A DNA stretch of 63,121 nucleotides, filler included, from Octopus bimaculoides (taxonomy: Eukaryota), in the NCBI RefSeq assembly GCF_001194135.2. It is 3 parts of 3 records of this genome, joined end to end, with 100 filler letters (N's around TTAATTAATTAA, not from the genome) between each part and the next. Parts side by side here need not be neighbours in the genome. Positions count along the whole stretch, not along the records: positions 16,088 to 43,000 come from NC_068993.1; 2 more parts are not named here. One strand, given 5' to 3'. The notes below the pieces were generated by a model. The model worked only from the letters and a program-made list of their open reading frames with translations, was not told the origin of the DNA and did no database searches. The position numbers and the translations under genes were made by a program. Every line of letters starts with the position of its first letter. The stretch's first letter is position 1. Below, in pieces: positions 26,723 to 40,159 of the stretch.

Positions 26723-27074
26723 ATGCATGTGTGCACGTTTGCAAGTATGTATTCTGCATATTCCTGTGATTCTGTGTTTATATTTGTGTGCTTGTGTGTG
26801 TTTGTGTATTTGTGTTTGTGTTCATGTTAATGTGTTTCTATGTGTGTGTGTATGCGTGTGTGTCTACCACTGTCTCTTTGTGTGTGCATGTTTCAGTGTG
26901 TCGTTGTGTGAGGTGTGCGCGTGGGTTTCAGTCTTCATTTCCATGTATGTTGTAAGTATGTATGTATGTATGTATGTATGTATGTATGTGTGCCAGTCTG
27001 TCCTTATCACCTATGTACCTATCTATCTCTATATCTGTCCATATACATATACACATATATGCATACACACACAG

Positions 27075-27107
<33 letters not shown>

Positions 27108-27159
27108 CTCACACTCCTGCATAACGGCCTACTAACTATACTGTCTGAGTATATATAAA

Positions 27160-27790
27160 CTGTGGGTATTGGGGTATGATGCTTTCTATGTATATTTCCT
27201 ATTTAGTACTGGAAATGTTTCGTTAATGAAGACATACTCTTGTACATGTCTGAGTGTTGGGTTCGTCACGTGCTTGGATAAAATGCGATGCGGATGTCAA
27301 GTTGACCCAGTGTTCCTCCATGTTGATGTTTGGCATGTTGGTAGAGTATGGAAGATTTTTTTGTCGCCATATTGACTTAGATGTGCATGTAGTCTCTCCG
27401 CAATGCTCCTAGATGTCTTACCTATGTATATTCTTATCTTGCACCTTATGCTGTAGACTACACTTCTAGTTCTAAAGTTAATGCCAGGGTTAATCTTACA
27501 TACCATGCAGTTATCATTGGTGCATGTATTCTTAAAGGGGTACGTCCTTCATAGTTGTGATTTCATGGAGCTTTCTGGCTTGTCAATGATCTAACGGTTG
27601 AGTTTGGTCTCTTTCAGAGCTTCCCTAAACCTACGATCTAGTTCTCCATGGGCTATGGCCTCTACAAACATCATTCTTTGATATTTGTTTGTCTTGTACC
27701 ACGTGTTCACCCTGATTGCTTTGTTTTATCACAAAATCTTTGTATCCTATGCAAAAGATTGCAAGTCGCAACGAAACTTTTAGTAAAAAA
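27160..27790 (-). mobile_element. Penelope-like GIY-YIG endonuclease relic
   Basis: RSVVYSIRCKIRIYIGKTSRSIAERLHAH in 27297-27506. Confidence 0.8.
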
Positions 27791-27889
27791 TAATAAATGA
27801 GTGGAAATCAGGATTCTCCCCAGATATAACATGATACGATATATATATATATATATATTTATAATATAATATGATATATATATATATAA

Positions 27890-27928
<39 letters not shown>

Positions 27929-28306
27929 NNNNNNNNNNNNNNNNNNNNNNNNNNNNNNNNNNNNNNNNNNNNNNNNNNNNNNNNNNNNNNNNNNNNNNNN
28001 NNNNNNNNNNNNNNNNNNNNNNNNNNNNNNNNNNNNNNNNNNNNNNNNNNNNNNNNNNNNNNNNNNNNNNNNNNNNNNNNNNNNNNNNNNNNNNNNNNNN
28101 NNNNNNNNNNNNNNNNNNNNNNNNNNNNNNNNNNNNNNNNNNNNNNNNNNNNNNNNNNNNNNNNNNNNNNNNNNNNNNNNNNNNNNNNNNNNNNNNNNNN
28201 NNNNNNNNNNNNNNNNNNNNNNNNNNNNNNNNNNNNNNNNNNNNNNNNNNNNNNNNNNNNNNNNNNNNNNNNNNNNNNNNNNNNNNNNNNNNNNNNNNNN
28301 NNNNNN

Positions 28307-28337
<31 letters not shown>

Positions 28338-28994
28338 ACTCGTGTGTATATAAATGTGTATGCTCACCCATATCTCGCCATATACAACTGCATGCAATTA
28401 TGCGGGCTTGTTTGTGTACATTTAATAAATTACGCCTTCCATAAAATATGTACATGTATAGTATTTGCAAGCGAGTGGTAATGTCTGTGCGCGCGTGCGT
28501 CTATTTATATATTTCTGTTTGCTTGTAATGAATTGTTGGCGACCACGTATGTGTATTGAACAAACGACGAATTGAATACGTTCTTCACAACTAAATGTCA
28601 TACTGATATGAATCTATGTTCCAACACTGAAAGCTCCTAATGACGATCTGCTCTATTACAGTAATCATTATCTATCATTTTCACTTTTACACTCAGCTCA
28701 ATAAATCTTCTTCATTTTATTGATTGAGTAGATTCCGTTTGGTATTGTTTGAGACAGCTATCTGTGTAGCAACATAATAAGTAGTTCAGATGTGAATTTA
28801 CATCAACAATCTCGCTCCTCAACGATAACACATTGTTTTAATTTTGATCGAGATGAAGATGGTGATGAGATGTTTCATAGTTTAACAATAACAACAACAA
28901 GAGTAACAAAAGCAAACAACGCCAACATCAACGTTACTGTTACTTGCAGTAATAGTGCTACTACCAATAAAAAAACAACAGCAGCAACAGCAAC

Positions 28995-29205
28995 AATAAT
29001 AATACTTCTTACTAAAATCACAAGGCCTGAAATATTTGGGGAGGGTACTAGCCGATTTGCATCGACTCCAGTTTTTCACTGGTAATTAATTTATCTGCCG
29101 AAAAGATGGAATGCAAAACTCGACCTCTGCAGAATGTGAACTCAGAACGTGAAGACGGACGAAATACCGCTAAGCATTGCGCCTGTAGTGCTAACGATTC
29201 TGCCA
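28995..29205 (-). mobile_element. SINE family 1
   Basis: GAACTCAGAACGTGAAGACGGACGAAATACCGCTAAGCATT. Confidence 0.85.
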
Positions 29206-29239
29206 ATAATAAACTGTCAAATACTGAAATTTGTAAGAT

Positions 29240-30400
29240 TGATAATAAAATCCGAAATTGTTGACAATGAATAGAATGCACTACCCTAATACAGATGTAG
29301 ATCAACTTTATTTGCCAAAGAAAGAAGGTGACCGTGGACATGCACAACGTGAATTGACACTGAAATTTGCCATGACTGGCCTAAATATTTATCTGAAAAA
29401 CTCTGATAACTGGATGGTAAAACGTGTCTTAAAGAACAAAAACAAGAAAATCTCATATTCAGTAACAAAAGCAGCAAGAAAATATCTAAGTGAATCCAAA
29501 AGTCCCAGACTTAAATAAAGCGGGAAAAAGCACAGAGAAAGCTAAACGTATGTTACAAATTCTGTCTTAAATAATCTCGCTGATAAATGACACGAAAAAC
29601 CACTCAATGACAAACACCTAAAAAGAGGTAACAATGCAAATGTTGACAAAGCCCTTACTCGTCAATGGTTAACGTCTTATAGTTTCAAATCAAAAAGAGA
29701 AATGTTTACTATAGCAGCTCAGGATCAATGCCTATCTACCAGAAGCTACCAGGCCAACATCTTAAAAGACGGTAGTAGCTCAGTATGTCGTGTATGTAAA
29801 CAACAAACTGAAAACATCAATCACATTGGTTCCATGTGCAGCCTTCATGCATCTTAAGAGTATGGCAACAGACATGATAGAGCGGCATAATGTATTCACT
29901 GGGTAATTTGCAGGGATCTAGGTGTGACCCATGATAAAATCTGATGGGTACACAACCACCTCCAGTGCTTCAAAATGATCATATCTCACTCCTATGGAAC
30001 TTTTCTGTTCAAGCCGACAGAAAGAGAGAGGCAAATAAACTGGACATTATATTGAAGGATTTCAGACGAAAGTCATGCCGCTTCATTGGCAAATAGACCA
30101 GACATTATTTGAAGGTTTTCAGATGCCGCTTCATCCGTATAACTGTCCCAATCGACATAAATGTATCTGTCAAGACCTACCAAAAACTGAACAAGTATAG
30201 AGATCTTGAAACAGAAATTGGCAAACTGTAGAAACAGAAACTCAAGACTAGAACAATACCAGTTGTCATACATGCCCTAGAAATAATAGCAAAAGAAGCT
30301 AATTGTTGCCTTCTCAGATTCCAGTAAATCAAACAATGGAAGAAATCCAAAAGATAGTTCCCATAGGATTTGCTTATATCTACGAAAAATACTATGTAAT
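29240..30400 (+). mobile_element. R4/Dong-clade non-LTR retrotransposon, 3' fragment (decayed)
   Basis: DVDQLYLPKKEGDRG; AAQDQCLSTR; CRVC..ENINHIGSMC..RHD (CCHC); RPDIILK and IPVVI (restriction-like endonuclease). Confidence 0.85.
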
Positions 30401-30469
30401 TCCAAACACATTTTAATCTGTAAACATATCATAAGTACTTTAAAATTCTTTCATTATTTTATTCTTCTA

Positions 30470-30552
30470 GACGTTTCAGTCATTTGACTGCGGCCATGCT
30501 GGAGCACCGCCTTAATGGGTGTTAGTCGAAGAAATCGACCTCAGGACTTATT
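30470..30552 (-). mobile_element. SINE family 2 tail
   Basis: TTTCAGTCATTTGACTGCGGCCATGCTGGAGCACCGCC. Confidence 0.8.
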
Positions 30553-30559
30553 CCATATA

Positions 30560-33500
30560 AGGAATCGTCGGCAACTAAACCGGCAAACCCACTAAGCTTG
30601 CTTGGTGAGGAGGGTGGAGTTTCGACACCCAGCGGTATTAAAAACAAAAGCCGACAAAGGGCAGAGGAACTTAAAAGAGTCAATGGCCATTCTGAAATCA
30701 GGCAGACAAAACTCGTGAGCCTTGGTTAATAGTCTGTCTAGGAGAAGGGACGCTCTGATTTAAAAATTGGGGTAGATAAGACTCCTAATCCAGAGTGGTG
30801 ACAAACTGTCAGTGTCCAATGGCTCCATGCCTGAGATAAAGGGGAATGAACAGCGAATGGAGACTTAACTCCTGAGCAATATTTGGATGAAGATACGGGA
30901 CCAAATGAAGCTCCCCTATGTCCTAGTGAGAGTCAGGATCATATTCCCTAACACACACAAATGCGAAGGGAACAGGCCCAACTTATGGGTAGTAAGAGCT
31001 CTACAGTCTTGGTTGGCTGCTTTGCTAAACCAACAGAAGTGTGAGAAAAGGCGAATATCTGGCGCCTTCAAATAACCAGTGTTCCGAGTAGGCTGTACTC
31101 GTTAGCCTTGGGTGGCAAGCAGGCTAGTAGAAGGAACACTCCGGGTCCCAAACCAGGGAAACAAGGACACTACTGCCCTGGTGGACTACCTTGATAGAGG
31201 TGGTGTCTCAATAAAAAGACCAGTTGGTAGTAACCTAAAAACACTCCCCATTAGTGAGTGAAAATGCCAAGCAAAATAAATGGCGATAACGGTGTGTACA
31301 GGACTGGAACCAATGGTGAAGGTGCCGTACTCGGCAGGTGCCCGACTGTGCAGCAGAGTGGGCCCGGTCGTAATCCGACAACTGCTAGCCATACTACAAA
31401 ACATAGTCCTTGTACTGGTCAAAATATGCAACGCGCTCGCAAACACAAGTGGTCTGTTGATATGAACCAAAAAGCGACCCACTGCCATGAACAAGCCTTG
31501 CTAGACAAGAACAATGGCGAATGTAAAGCGGTCGGAAAAAGATTATTAGAATTTTGGAACCATATGGGTGTGTTCCAGATTACTGAAAATGGACATGTTA
31601 AACAGATAAGAATAATTCGGAATAGAGGCTTTCTTAATGAGACCTCTGTAGTGGTGATAATCTCGAGGAGACTAACTAGGTGAAGATCAGCGACTGCGTA
31701 GCCAAGGTGAAGCTTTAGTGGAGGAGACATCCGGCCAATGAATATAATGTAGAAAACCCTGAATTACGAGAGGATATGACTGACGAACGGAGAAACCTCA
31801 GGATAAGACTCGAGGATATAATAATTACAAAAAGAGAGATCAAGCTGGTGAATTTAAGAAGCCTCGACAATAACAATATGAAATGCGTGACCCAAAAAGT
31901 TGATGAGATTCTGAAATTCATTCTGACAAATGAGCTAACGGAAACAAGGGACTTAATCAGATGCGCTTCAATTTTAATAGGTGAACTGGTTGGAAAGAAA
32001 GAGCGGAAAGTAGCCGGAGAGAAGGAGCCATGGCGGAAACGGTGAATTGAAGGGGATATTCTAACTTAGCGTAAAGTTCTGAGCCGCATAGAAGAGTGGT
32101 TCAAAGGACAATGGAAAAATAGAAAAAAAGTGCAAGGGCATATTTTGACACGGAGTACCAAATAGAAAGGAAAGGGTTCAAAACTCTCATCGAAACCCCA
32201 AAACAACGTTAGAAGGCAACAATGGGGGAAATATTGCTCCTGATGCAAATCAAGCCAAGGAGTTCTGGAGCGGATCGTTGGGAAATAATGTGGTGCATAA
32301 AAGGGATGCAATGTGGATAGGAACTATTAAGACAGAATTACAAGAAGGAAAGAAACAAAGGAATATTGTCATAAGCACAGGTGATGTGAAAGAACAAGTG
32401 GGTAAAGAGTCTAGCTGGAAAGCCTCGTGACCAGATTCATGGCTTTTGGCTGAAGAGATGCCATGCGGTGCATGTAAGACTAACAGCCCAAATGAATGAG
32501 TGTGTCGATAAAAGTACAGTCCCCGTGTAAATAGTGGCTGGGAGGATAATACTTGTAATGAAAGATAGAAGAAAGGGGAACATTGTGAGAAATTACCCTC
32601 CCATGGCATGCCGAAATATAATCTGGAAGATATTCACTGGATTATGTGAAGCAAAGACACAGGAAGAAATACTACCAAGGGAACAAACAGGATGTAGGAA
32701 GAGTTCTCAGCGTACCAAGGATCACCTGGTCATCGATAAAACAGTTTTGAGGCATTGTAAAAAAATATCATACAAACATGTGTATGACTTGGATTGACTT
32801 TAAGAAGTCATATGATATGATGCTTCATTCTTGGATTGTTGAATGCCTGCAGATGTTTGGTGTTGCTGACAACACAAATTTTCTGATGCATAGCATGAAA
32901 GAATGGAAAACCAAATTGTACTCAAGTAATGTATATTTGGAAAAGTTAATATTAAAAGGAGAATCCTCCAAGGTGAATCGTTTACTCGCTTAATTTTTGT
33001 AATTGCACTAATACCCATAACAATGACACTTAGGAAAGTTAAGATGGGTTACCGATGTGGGAAGAAAGGCCGATCATTGAACCGTCTTTTGTTTATGGAC
33101 AACCGGAAATTTTTTTTGGTAAATCTGAAAAACAAATAGAATCCTTAACTAATACAGTTCAGAAGTGTGGCTGGGACATCGGTATGGAATTTGGGATTAC
33201 CAAATGCTCAGTACTTAATATGAAAAGAGGGAAGAAAGCAGCCTGCAGGGGGTTGCAGTTACCATCAGGAGAGACCATGTGTGAACCCGACGGTAGAGGG
33301 TATAGATATTTAGGGATTTTGGAGCTGGATGACATTCTACACAGATAAATGAAAGTCACGGTAAGCGAGGCTCATAAAAAAAGGGTGAAGATGGTGTTGA
33401 AATCCAAACTAAATGCCAAAACTTCGATCACCGCAATGAATATTTGGGCATTTCCGGTGGTCAAATATAGTGCGTCCATCCTCAAATGGACTAAGGAGGA

Positions 33501-34580
33501 AATATGAACACTGGATGGAAGGACGAGAAAGTTGATGACGCTACAGGGGTCGCTACACCCCAACGCAAACATAAACAGATTGTATATCAGAAGAAAGAAT
33601 GGTGGCAAAGGACTAATTAGTATAGACCATTGCATAAGGAGTGAAAGGAGAATGCTTGCCGAATATTTGATAAATAGTGATGAAGACCTGCTGCAATATG
33701 CCACTAAAGATACGGATGTAAATGCAGATGAAATGATGGGCAAGGAAGAGTTTAACCAAAGAGTTGAGAAGAAGAGAAAAGAAGATCTTGAAATGAGAAT
33801 GCATGGACAGTTTGAAAGGAATACACAAGACTTTAAGCATAATACAGCATCGTGGGCATGATTTGAGCGAGGTGATTTGAAGCGTACCACCGAAAGCCTG
33901 ATCATTGCTGCACAAGACTTGGCTCTCGCTACCAATTCAGTGAGGCATAACATCTATAAAACTTCTGACACCCAGAAATGCAGACTGTGAAAAGTGTGTG
34001 GAAAATGTGACCCATTTGGTAAGTAGGTGTGAGAGCCTTGCACAAAAAGAATACAAGCGCCGCCACGATAAAGTGTGTGTGTGTATCTTCATTGGCTCTT
34101 ACGCCGTAAATACCAATATGAAGTAACAGAGAAGTAGTATGAGCATGAACCAAGTAAAGTTATGCAGGTGGATGGAAAAGTAACGTTATTGTGGGACGAT
34201 GATTTTCACACGGGTTGTGTAATCGAACACCGTCGGGCGGATATTGTCATATTGAATAAGAGAGACAGATACGCTCAGGCCATTGATGTAGCCATACCAA
34301 ATGACATGAATGTAGTGAGTAAAGAGGTTGAAAATATCACCAAGTACTCCGAATTGAAAGTGGAAATGGCAAGATTGTATGGAATGCGGGAGGGTAATGT
34401 AAAAGTGATACCAGTGGTGGTCGGAGCGTTGCGTTCAATCCCATTGAAACTTCAAAACTTCTTAAGGCCACTGGAAGCCCCATCCAAAATTGATGTCTTG
34501 CAAAAAAGCTACCTTATTGGGCACAGCGCACATCTTCAGGATGTGACTTGACAGATGACTAAAGACTCCGGTGCATTTTT
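30560..34580 (+). mobile_element. Near full-length, frameshifted R4/Dong-clade non-LTR retrotransposon (RT + CCHC + RLE)
   Basis: ORF pieces 31258-34551: NYPPMAC, EQTGCRK, WIDFKKSYD, FMDN (YMDD equivalent), NRLYIRRKNGGKGL, AAQDLAL, HRRADIVI..IDVAIP..TKY..IPVVVGAL; followed by a (GAT)(AAT)n(AAG)n tract. Confidence 0.9.
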
Positions 34581-34584
34581 ACCG

Positions 34585-34609
34585 GATGATAATAATGATG
34601 ATGATGATG

Positions 34610-34704
<95 letters not shown>

Positions 34705-34720
34705 AAGAAGAAGAAGGAGA
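34585..34720 (+). repeat. Compound trinucleotide microsatellite (GAT)n(AAT)n(AAG)n
   Basis: Read directly from the sequence. Confidence 0.95.
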
Positions 34721-35764
34721 AGAAATCTATTGAAAATACCAACGCACACATTATGGAACACGCGCGCAAATATAAGCACATGCATATAAATACACACACG
34801 AACACACATGTTAATGAAAATAATTTTTAAATTGTTTAAAATCTTGGAAATAGATTTAACGCAGAACTTAGGGAAAATATGAAGGGAGTTTACGTGTGTA
34901 ATCGCTNNNNNNNNNNNNNNNNNNNNNNNNNNNNNNNNNNNNNNNNNNNNNNNNNNNNNNNNNNNNNNNNNNNNNNNNNNNNNNNNNNNNNNNNNNNNNN
35001 NNNNNNNNNNNNNNNNNNNNNNNNNNNNNNNNNNNNNNNNNNNNNNNNNNNNNNNNNNNNNNNNNNNNNNNNNNNNNNNNNNNNNNNNNNNNNNNNNNNN
35101 NNNNNNNNNNNNNNNNNNNNNNNNNNNNNNNNNNNNNNNNNNNNNNNNNNNNNNNNNNNNNNNNNNNNNNNNNNNNNNNNNNNNNNNNNNNNNNNNNNNN
35201 NNNNNNNNNNNNNNNNNNNNNNNNNNNNNNNNNNNNNNNNNNNNNNNNNNNNNNNNNNNNNNNNNNNNNNNNNNNNNNNNNNNNNNNNNNNNNNNNNNNN
35301 NNNNNNNNNNNNNNNNNNNNNNNNNNNNNNNNNNNNNNNNNNNNNNNNNNNNNNNNNNNNNNNNNNNNNNNNNNNNNNNNNNNNNNNNNNNNNNNNNNNN
35401 NNNNNNNNNNNNNNNNNNNNNNNNNNNNNNNNNNNNNNNNNNNNNNNNNNNNNNNNNNNNNNNNNNNNNNNNNNNNNNNNNNNNNNNNNNNNNNNNNNNN
35501 NNNNNNNNNNNNNNNNNNNNNNNNNNNNNNNNNNNNNNNNNNNNNNNNNNNNNNNNNNNNNNNNNNNNNNNNNNNNNNNNNNNNNNNNNNNNNNNNNNNN
35601 NNNNNNNNNNNNNNNNNNNNNNNNNNNNNNNNNNNNNNNNNNNNNNNNNNNNNNNNNNNNNNNNNNNNNNNNNNNNNNNNNNNNNNNNNNNNNNNNNNNN
35701 NNNNNNNNNNNNNNNNNNNNNNNNNNNNNNNNNNNNNNNNNNNNNNNNNNNNNNNNNNNNNNNN

Positions 35765-36235
35765 NTATATAGGGTGCAATGAATAAACTGTCGTCTTAAT
35801 TACGCAAAAATGAAAATATCATTGTCATCTCATTTTAACATATGTTTACCCAAATCACATAAACATATCTTGAAATACTAAAGAGAAAATTTATTCGATT
35901 AAATCGTCATTGGTTTCAACTACGGGCTCCAGACGACTTCGGAATCTCCTGCAACCTTTCTGGACGGTCGCCTTGTTTAAGATGGGGAATGCTCCCATAA
36001 TCCTTGCCTTCAGTTCATCTTTGGTGTTACAAGGAGTTGTGTTGGTCTGTCGCCCAACTGCGCCCCACACATAATAGTCAAAGGGGTTGCAGTTTGGGGA
36101 GTTCGGTGGACAGATGTTAGTGGTGATGTTATCGCAGAAATTTTCTGACATCCATGACTGGGTTCTCCTGCTTGTGTGGCATGAGGCAGAGTCCTGACCC
36201 AGGTACTTGATGTAAGCACTTGATGCAGGCCTCTG
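35765..36235 (-). mobile_element. Tc1/mariner (maT/DD37D-like) transposase C-terminal relic with one TIR
   Basis: QDSASCHTSRRTQSW..PPNSPNCNPFDYYVWGAV..TKDELKARI..CRRFRSRLE; terminal TATAGGGTGCAATGAATAAACTGTCG. Confidence 0.85.
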
Positions 36236-36272
36236 CATTGATATATATATATCAACACAAAGAAAGAGAGCG

Positions 36273-36356
<84 letters not shown>

Positions 36357-36661
36357 TAAGAAAGAAAGAAATGAATGTGTAAGAGTGCGAGTATGGAAAA
36401 AAGTATGGCAACTATATGTGTCAATATCTGCTGCTTGATGCACCAACTGTTAACAGAGGAGAAACCGGTTTCTGACAGATTCATATGTCTGACATGTACA
36501 TGTATGAATACAGACATTACTTACACATTTTAAATATATCCATGCACATACACATATATGCGTATAAGTCTACGTATGCAAATACATGTATTTACGTAAT
36601 TATAAATGTTTCATATACATTGTATATGTGTTTCTATGAGAATATACAGATACATACATAC

Positions 36662-36703
<42 letters not shown>

Positions 36704-37299
36704 TGTGTGTGTGTGTTTGTATTTGTGTGTGTGTATGTGTGTGTGCGAGTGTGCATGTGTAAATAAACACTTTGTTGAATCTATATTTGCATTTTTGTCT
36801 GTTAAACTCGAAATGTTTGGCACCGCTCAGTGATGATATTATCTATGCATTTTACCAAAAAATCGATAAGGCATTCAAAGCATACAGATTGTAACATCCA
36901 TATAGGCTCTTGACACTGGCTACAACATTCACATTACACCATACATCATACAGCATAACATCATACAGCACAATAAATACATTGAACTTTGATGTGCGAA
37001 ATAGTTAACACCCCCTTCTTATACCAACTCCATTTCTGTCTAAACAACACACTAACAATGTTTTAGAGATGGTTCAATCGGAGTGATATTAAATATTATC
37101 TTTATTGTCTTCAACGATCGCCAATTAATTTTGCGGCTTTATACAAGCTTTTCTATAAGCTGTTTGATATATGTAAGCAATGAATCGCATTAGGACATTC
37201 ATCATAGTTAAGAATGTCAGCCTGTTGTTTGTTGTTTTGTTACTTGCTAATATATGATGACTTAGATATATACACAGCCATAAAAACAATCAATATCGC

Positions 37300-39575
37300 A
37301 CACATACGCACCTACACGCATGCATACATGTACATGCTGATGTGCAGAAAGTGAGAATGAAAAACACAGAGAGAGAAATGTACATTGATATTCTCGGCTA
37401 CATATACAGTAAATTATGACATGACACAAGGCGCAGCCATTAATTTATGCATTTGTTATATCATACATCTCAAACGGGTGACGTCACACTTTGTGTGCCC
37501 ATCTTAACGTAAAGTCATTGTCATTACATCTCCCTTCTTTACAAACATTTCGTGAGGTATTATTGTAGTCAATAGACACACAAAGTTTAAGTTATGGCAA
37601 TATTACAACTTAAATTATCAACTTCAAATAAACTCAATTATATATTTGTTATCATTCTGATAATGCAATTTTCTTCAAAGTCCATGAATATATCTTCTTT
37701 AAATTGAACTGCCCATAAATGATTTTTTTTTCTTTTATCATTAAGAAAATAATCTCTTTAACTTCTTCAAACATGGAAGAATAATGAAATATGCTTTCTA
37801 TCAGTTAACACTGTTCAACTTGTTTGACTTGAAATTCATCGTTTAACACAGTTCATGAATCTCTCTTTTCATGGAGCACTTCTCGAATTCAACAGTTCTC
37901 GATATCAATCTCGATATCGTTCCGGCATGTTAATTTTTCCTATGGATCTCGTAGTTTCATTACTGATAGTGACTGTAGTCTCAGACTGCATCAAGTTCAT
38001 AGTCTCTTCACATTCTCCATTTGGCTGAGCTTTTGGATTCTCCACCATTCTACACCAAAGTTAACGAATTCTGCACTCGTAAACTGCAGTCCTTTATCTG
38101 TCATGAGCTTATCTGGGATGTCGTGTCTGGCAAAGACAGATTTCACTGTTGTGGTTGTCACTTTAAATGAAAGGTCAGACAATTTCATAATTTCAGGGTA
38201 CTTTGAGAAATAGTCTACACACACCAAGTAGTCAGTGTTCTTGTACACAAACAAGTCGGCTCCGACTTTGGACCACGGTCGATCAGAAATGTCATGGGCT
38301 CTTCAACGGTTGTTTTAGATTATTCTTTCTGTTCTTGTTGCACACAAAACATTGTGATACAAATTCTTCAATTTGTACAGTCATTCCTACCCAAAGGGTA
38401 ACATCGTTGGCTCTGAGTATGCACTTTGTCACTCTGAAATCAGCATCATGAATTCTGTTCAACATTTCTGTTTGTAGTGTTGCAGGAACTACAATTTTGA
38501 CAAATTGCTGGACCATAATTTCTGTTTTATGACCATCCGAACAGAATCACTGATTTCAGTTCTTGCAGTTGTGGGTCATTCGCTGTGGTAATCCTGAATT
38601 CGCTCAACTTTCCTGAAGTCATCGGCAATTGTGATACTAAGTCCAAATCACACTCAGTTTCATCATCCCAATCATTACTGCCTTGAAAATGTGTCCTGCT
38701 CAAGTCATTTGCAACAGTCAGTTCTTTGCCGGGTCTGTAGGTAACTTGAAGAACATACTTCTGTAGATGCAGCGACATTCTCTGCAACCCCTGAGGCACA
38801 CAAAGCGTTTCTGAAATATGAATTCAAGGGGCTTGTGATCAGTTCTAAATGTTTTCCCATAGATGTACTGATGAAACTTTTCACATCCATGTAGGATACC
38901 TAGCATCTCTTTCTTAATCTGTGTACATTTCTTTTGCGAACTTGTCAGTGACCTCGAAGCGTACGCTACAGGCTTGTCAGCTTGCATCAACACAGCTCCT
39001 GGCCTTTTGGAGCTTGCATCTGTTGTTAACGTTACTGGCTTTGTAACACCAAAGTACTGTAGTACTGGAGTCTCTGTCAATCTTGTTTCAAATTCTTGAA
39101 ACATGTTTATTGCCCTTCTTCCCAGTGCCATGCAATGTCCTTCGGCAATAACTCTCGTAGAGCTGCGGTTTCACTGCAGAGATTCGCATGAACTTTCTCA
39201 GATATTGTATCATACCGAGGACTCGCATCAGATCTGTTTTGTTTTCAGGCTCTGGCAATTCTCAGATAGCTTTCACCTTTTCAAGATCTGGCTTCAGTAC
39301 CTTGTCAGTGAGAAGATGCCCTATTTATGCGACCTCCATCATTCTCAGCTTCCATTTCTTTGAATTTAATTTCAGACCACTTAACTGTATTCTGTTCAGA
39401 ACGTCATGTAGTCTTTCATCATGTTGCTTGACATATGTACTCGACACCAAAATGTCATCAACAATACATTCTGTGCCAGATAAACTTTCCAGGATCTGTG
39501 ACATTGTTCTCTAAAATACCTCAGGCGACGACTTCACTCCGGAAGGTAGTTGAGTGAATCGGTAAACATTCCAAG
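37300..39575 (-). mobile_element. Ty3/Gypsy LTR retrotransposon pol relic (RT-RNaseH-integrase) with PPT and start of the 3' LTR
   Basis: IVDDIL; TDASS..GAVLMQ..VAYASRSLT; RTDHKPL; integrase H..C..C zinc finger; PWSKVGADLF..VDYFSKYPE; TDKGLQFTS; PPT AAAGAAGGGAGA at 37540-37529 abutting TGTAAT; left limit approximate. Confidence 0.9.
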
Positions 39576-39794
39576 ACATGCTGGTTTATGGCTGAGACTT
39601 AAATCGCAGGTAATCTTTCAACTTTCTCTGAAACTGTACGTCAAAATGCAGCTGTGTTGAATGGCATGGGTGGCAGTCGCAAACAATTGTCATGAAAACC
39701 GAAATGCACTTGCATCTCGTCAAGGTTATGGGTATAAAAATCAACTTTAAACACTTTCCTGGAATTTTTAATTTGGAAGCTGAGTTTGACGTTC

Positions 39795-39995
39795 CTGGTT
39801 ATATTAATTTATAATTTGTTGAATTTGCTGTTGTTCCCTTTGTTGTGTGTATTTTAAAAAGAACACCTTGTTTTACTGCGTTTGGCAGAATTGTGAACGT
39901 TTACCCCCTTGTGTTAAGGGGGAAATTACCATTGTTTTTCTTGGGTGTTTGCACCCAAAATTATTATTTGAAAAATGAGTAGTTCCTCTGGCACA
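39795..39995 (+). repeat. Copy 1 of a ~200-bp direct repeat
   Basis: GAATTTGCTGTTGTTCC..AACACCTTGTTT.ACTGCGTTTGGCAGAATTGTGAAC..CCAAAATTATTATTTGAAAAAT shared with 41640-41870. Confidence 0.85.
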
Positions 39996-40159
39996 AGGCT
40001 ACTACTGAATGAAATTTGAACATGCCTACGGAGGAAGAAATGTTGAAAGAACCAAAATCGAACCAAGAAATAACAATATGACAAATTTTGCAGCGACAGC
40101 TGGTGTGAACAGGAAAGACCCGAATATTGACCAAAAGGAATTCATCAAATATAAAGGAC

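Noticed and set aside
34536-34830. Poly-N/K/I/R/L ORFs
   Set aside because: Trinucleotide microsatellite at the tail of the R4 element
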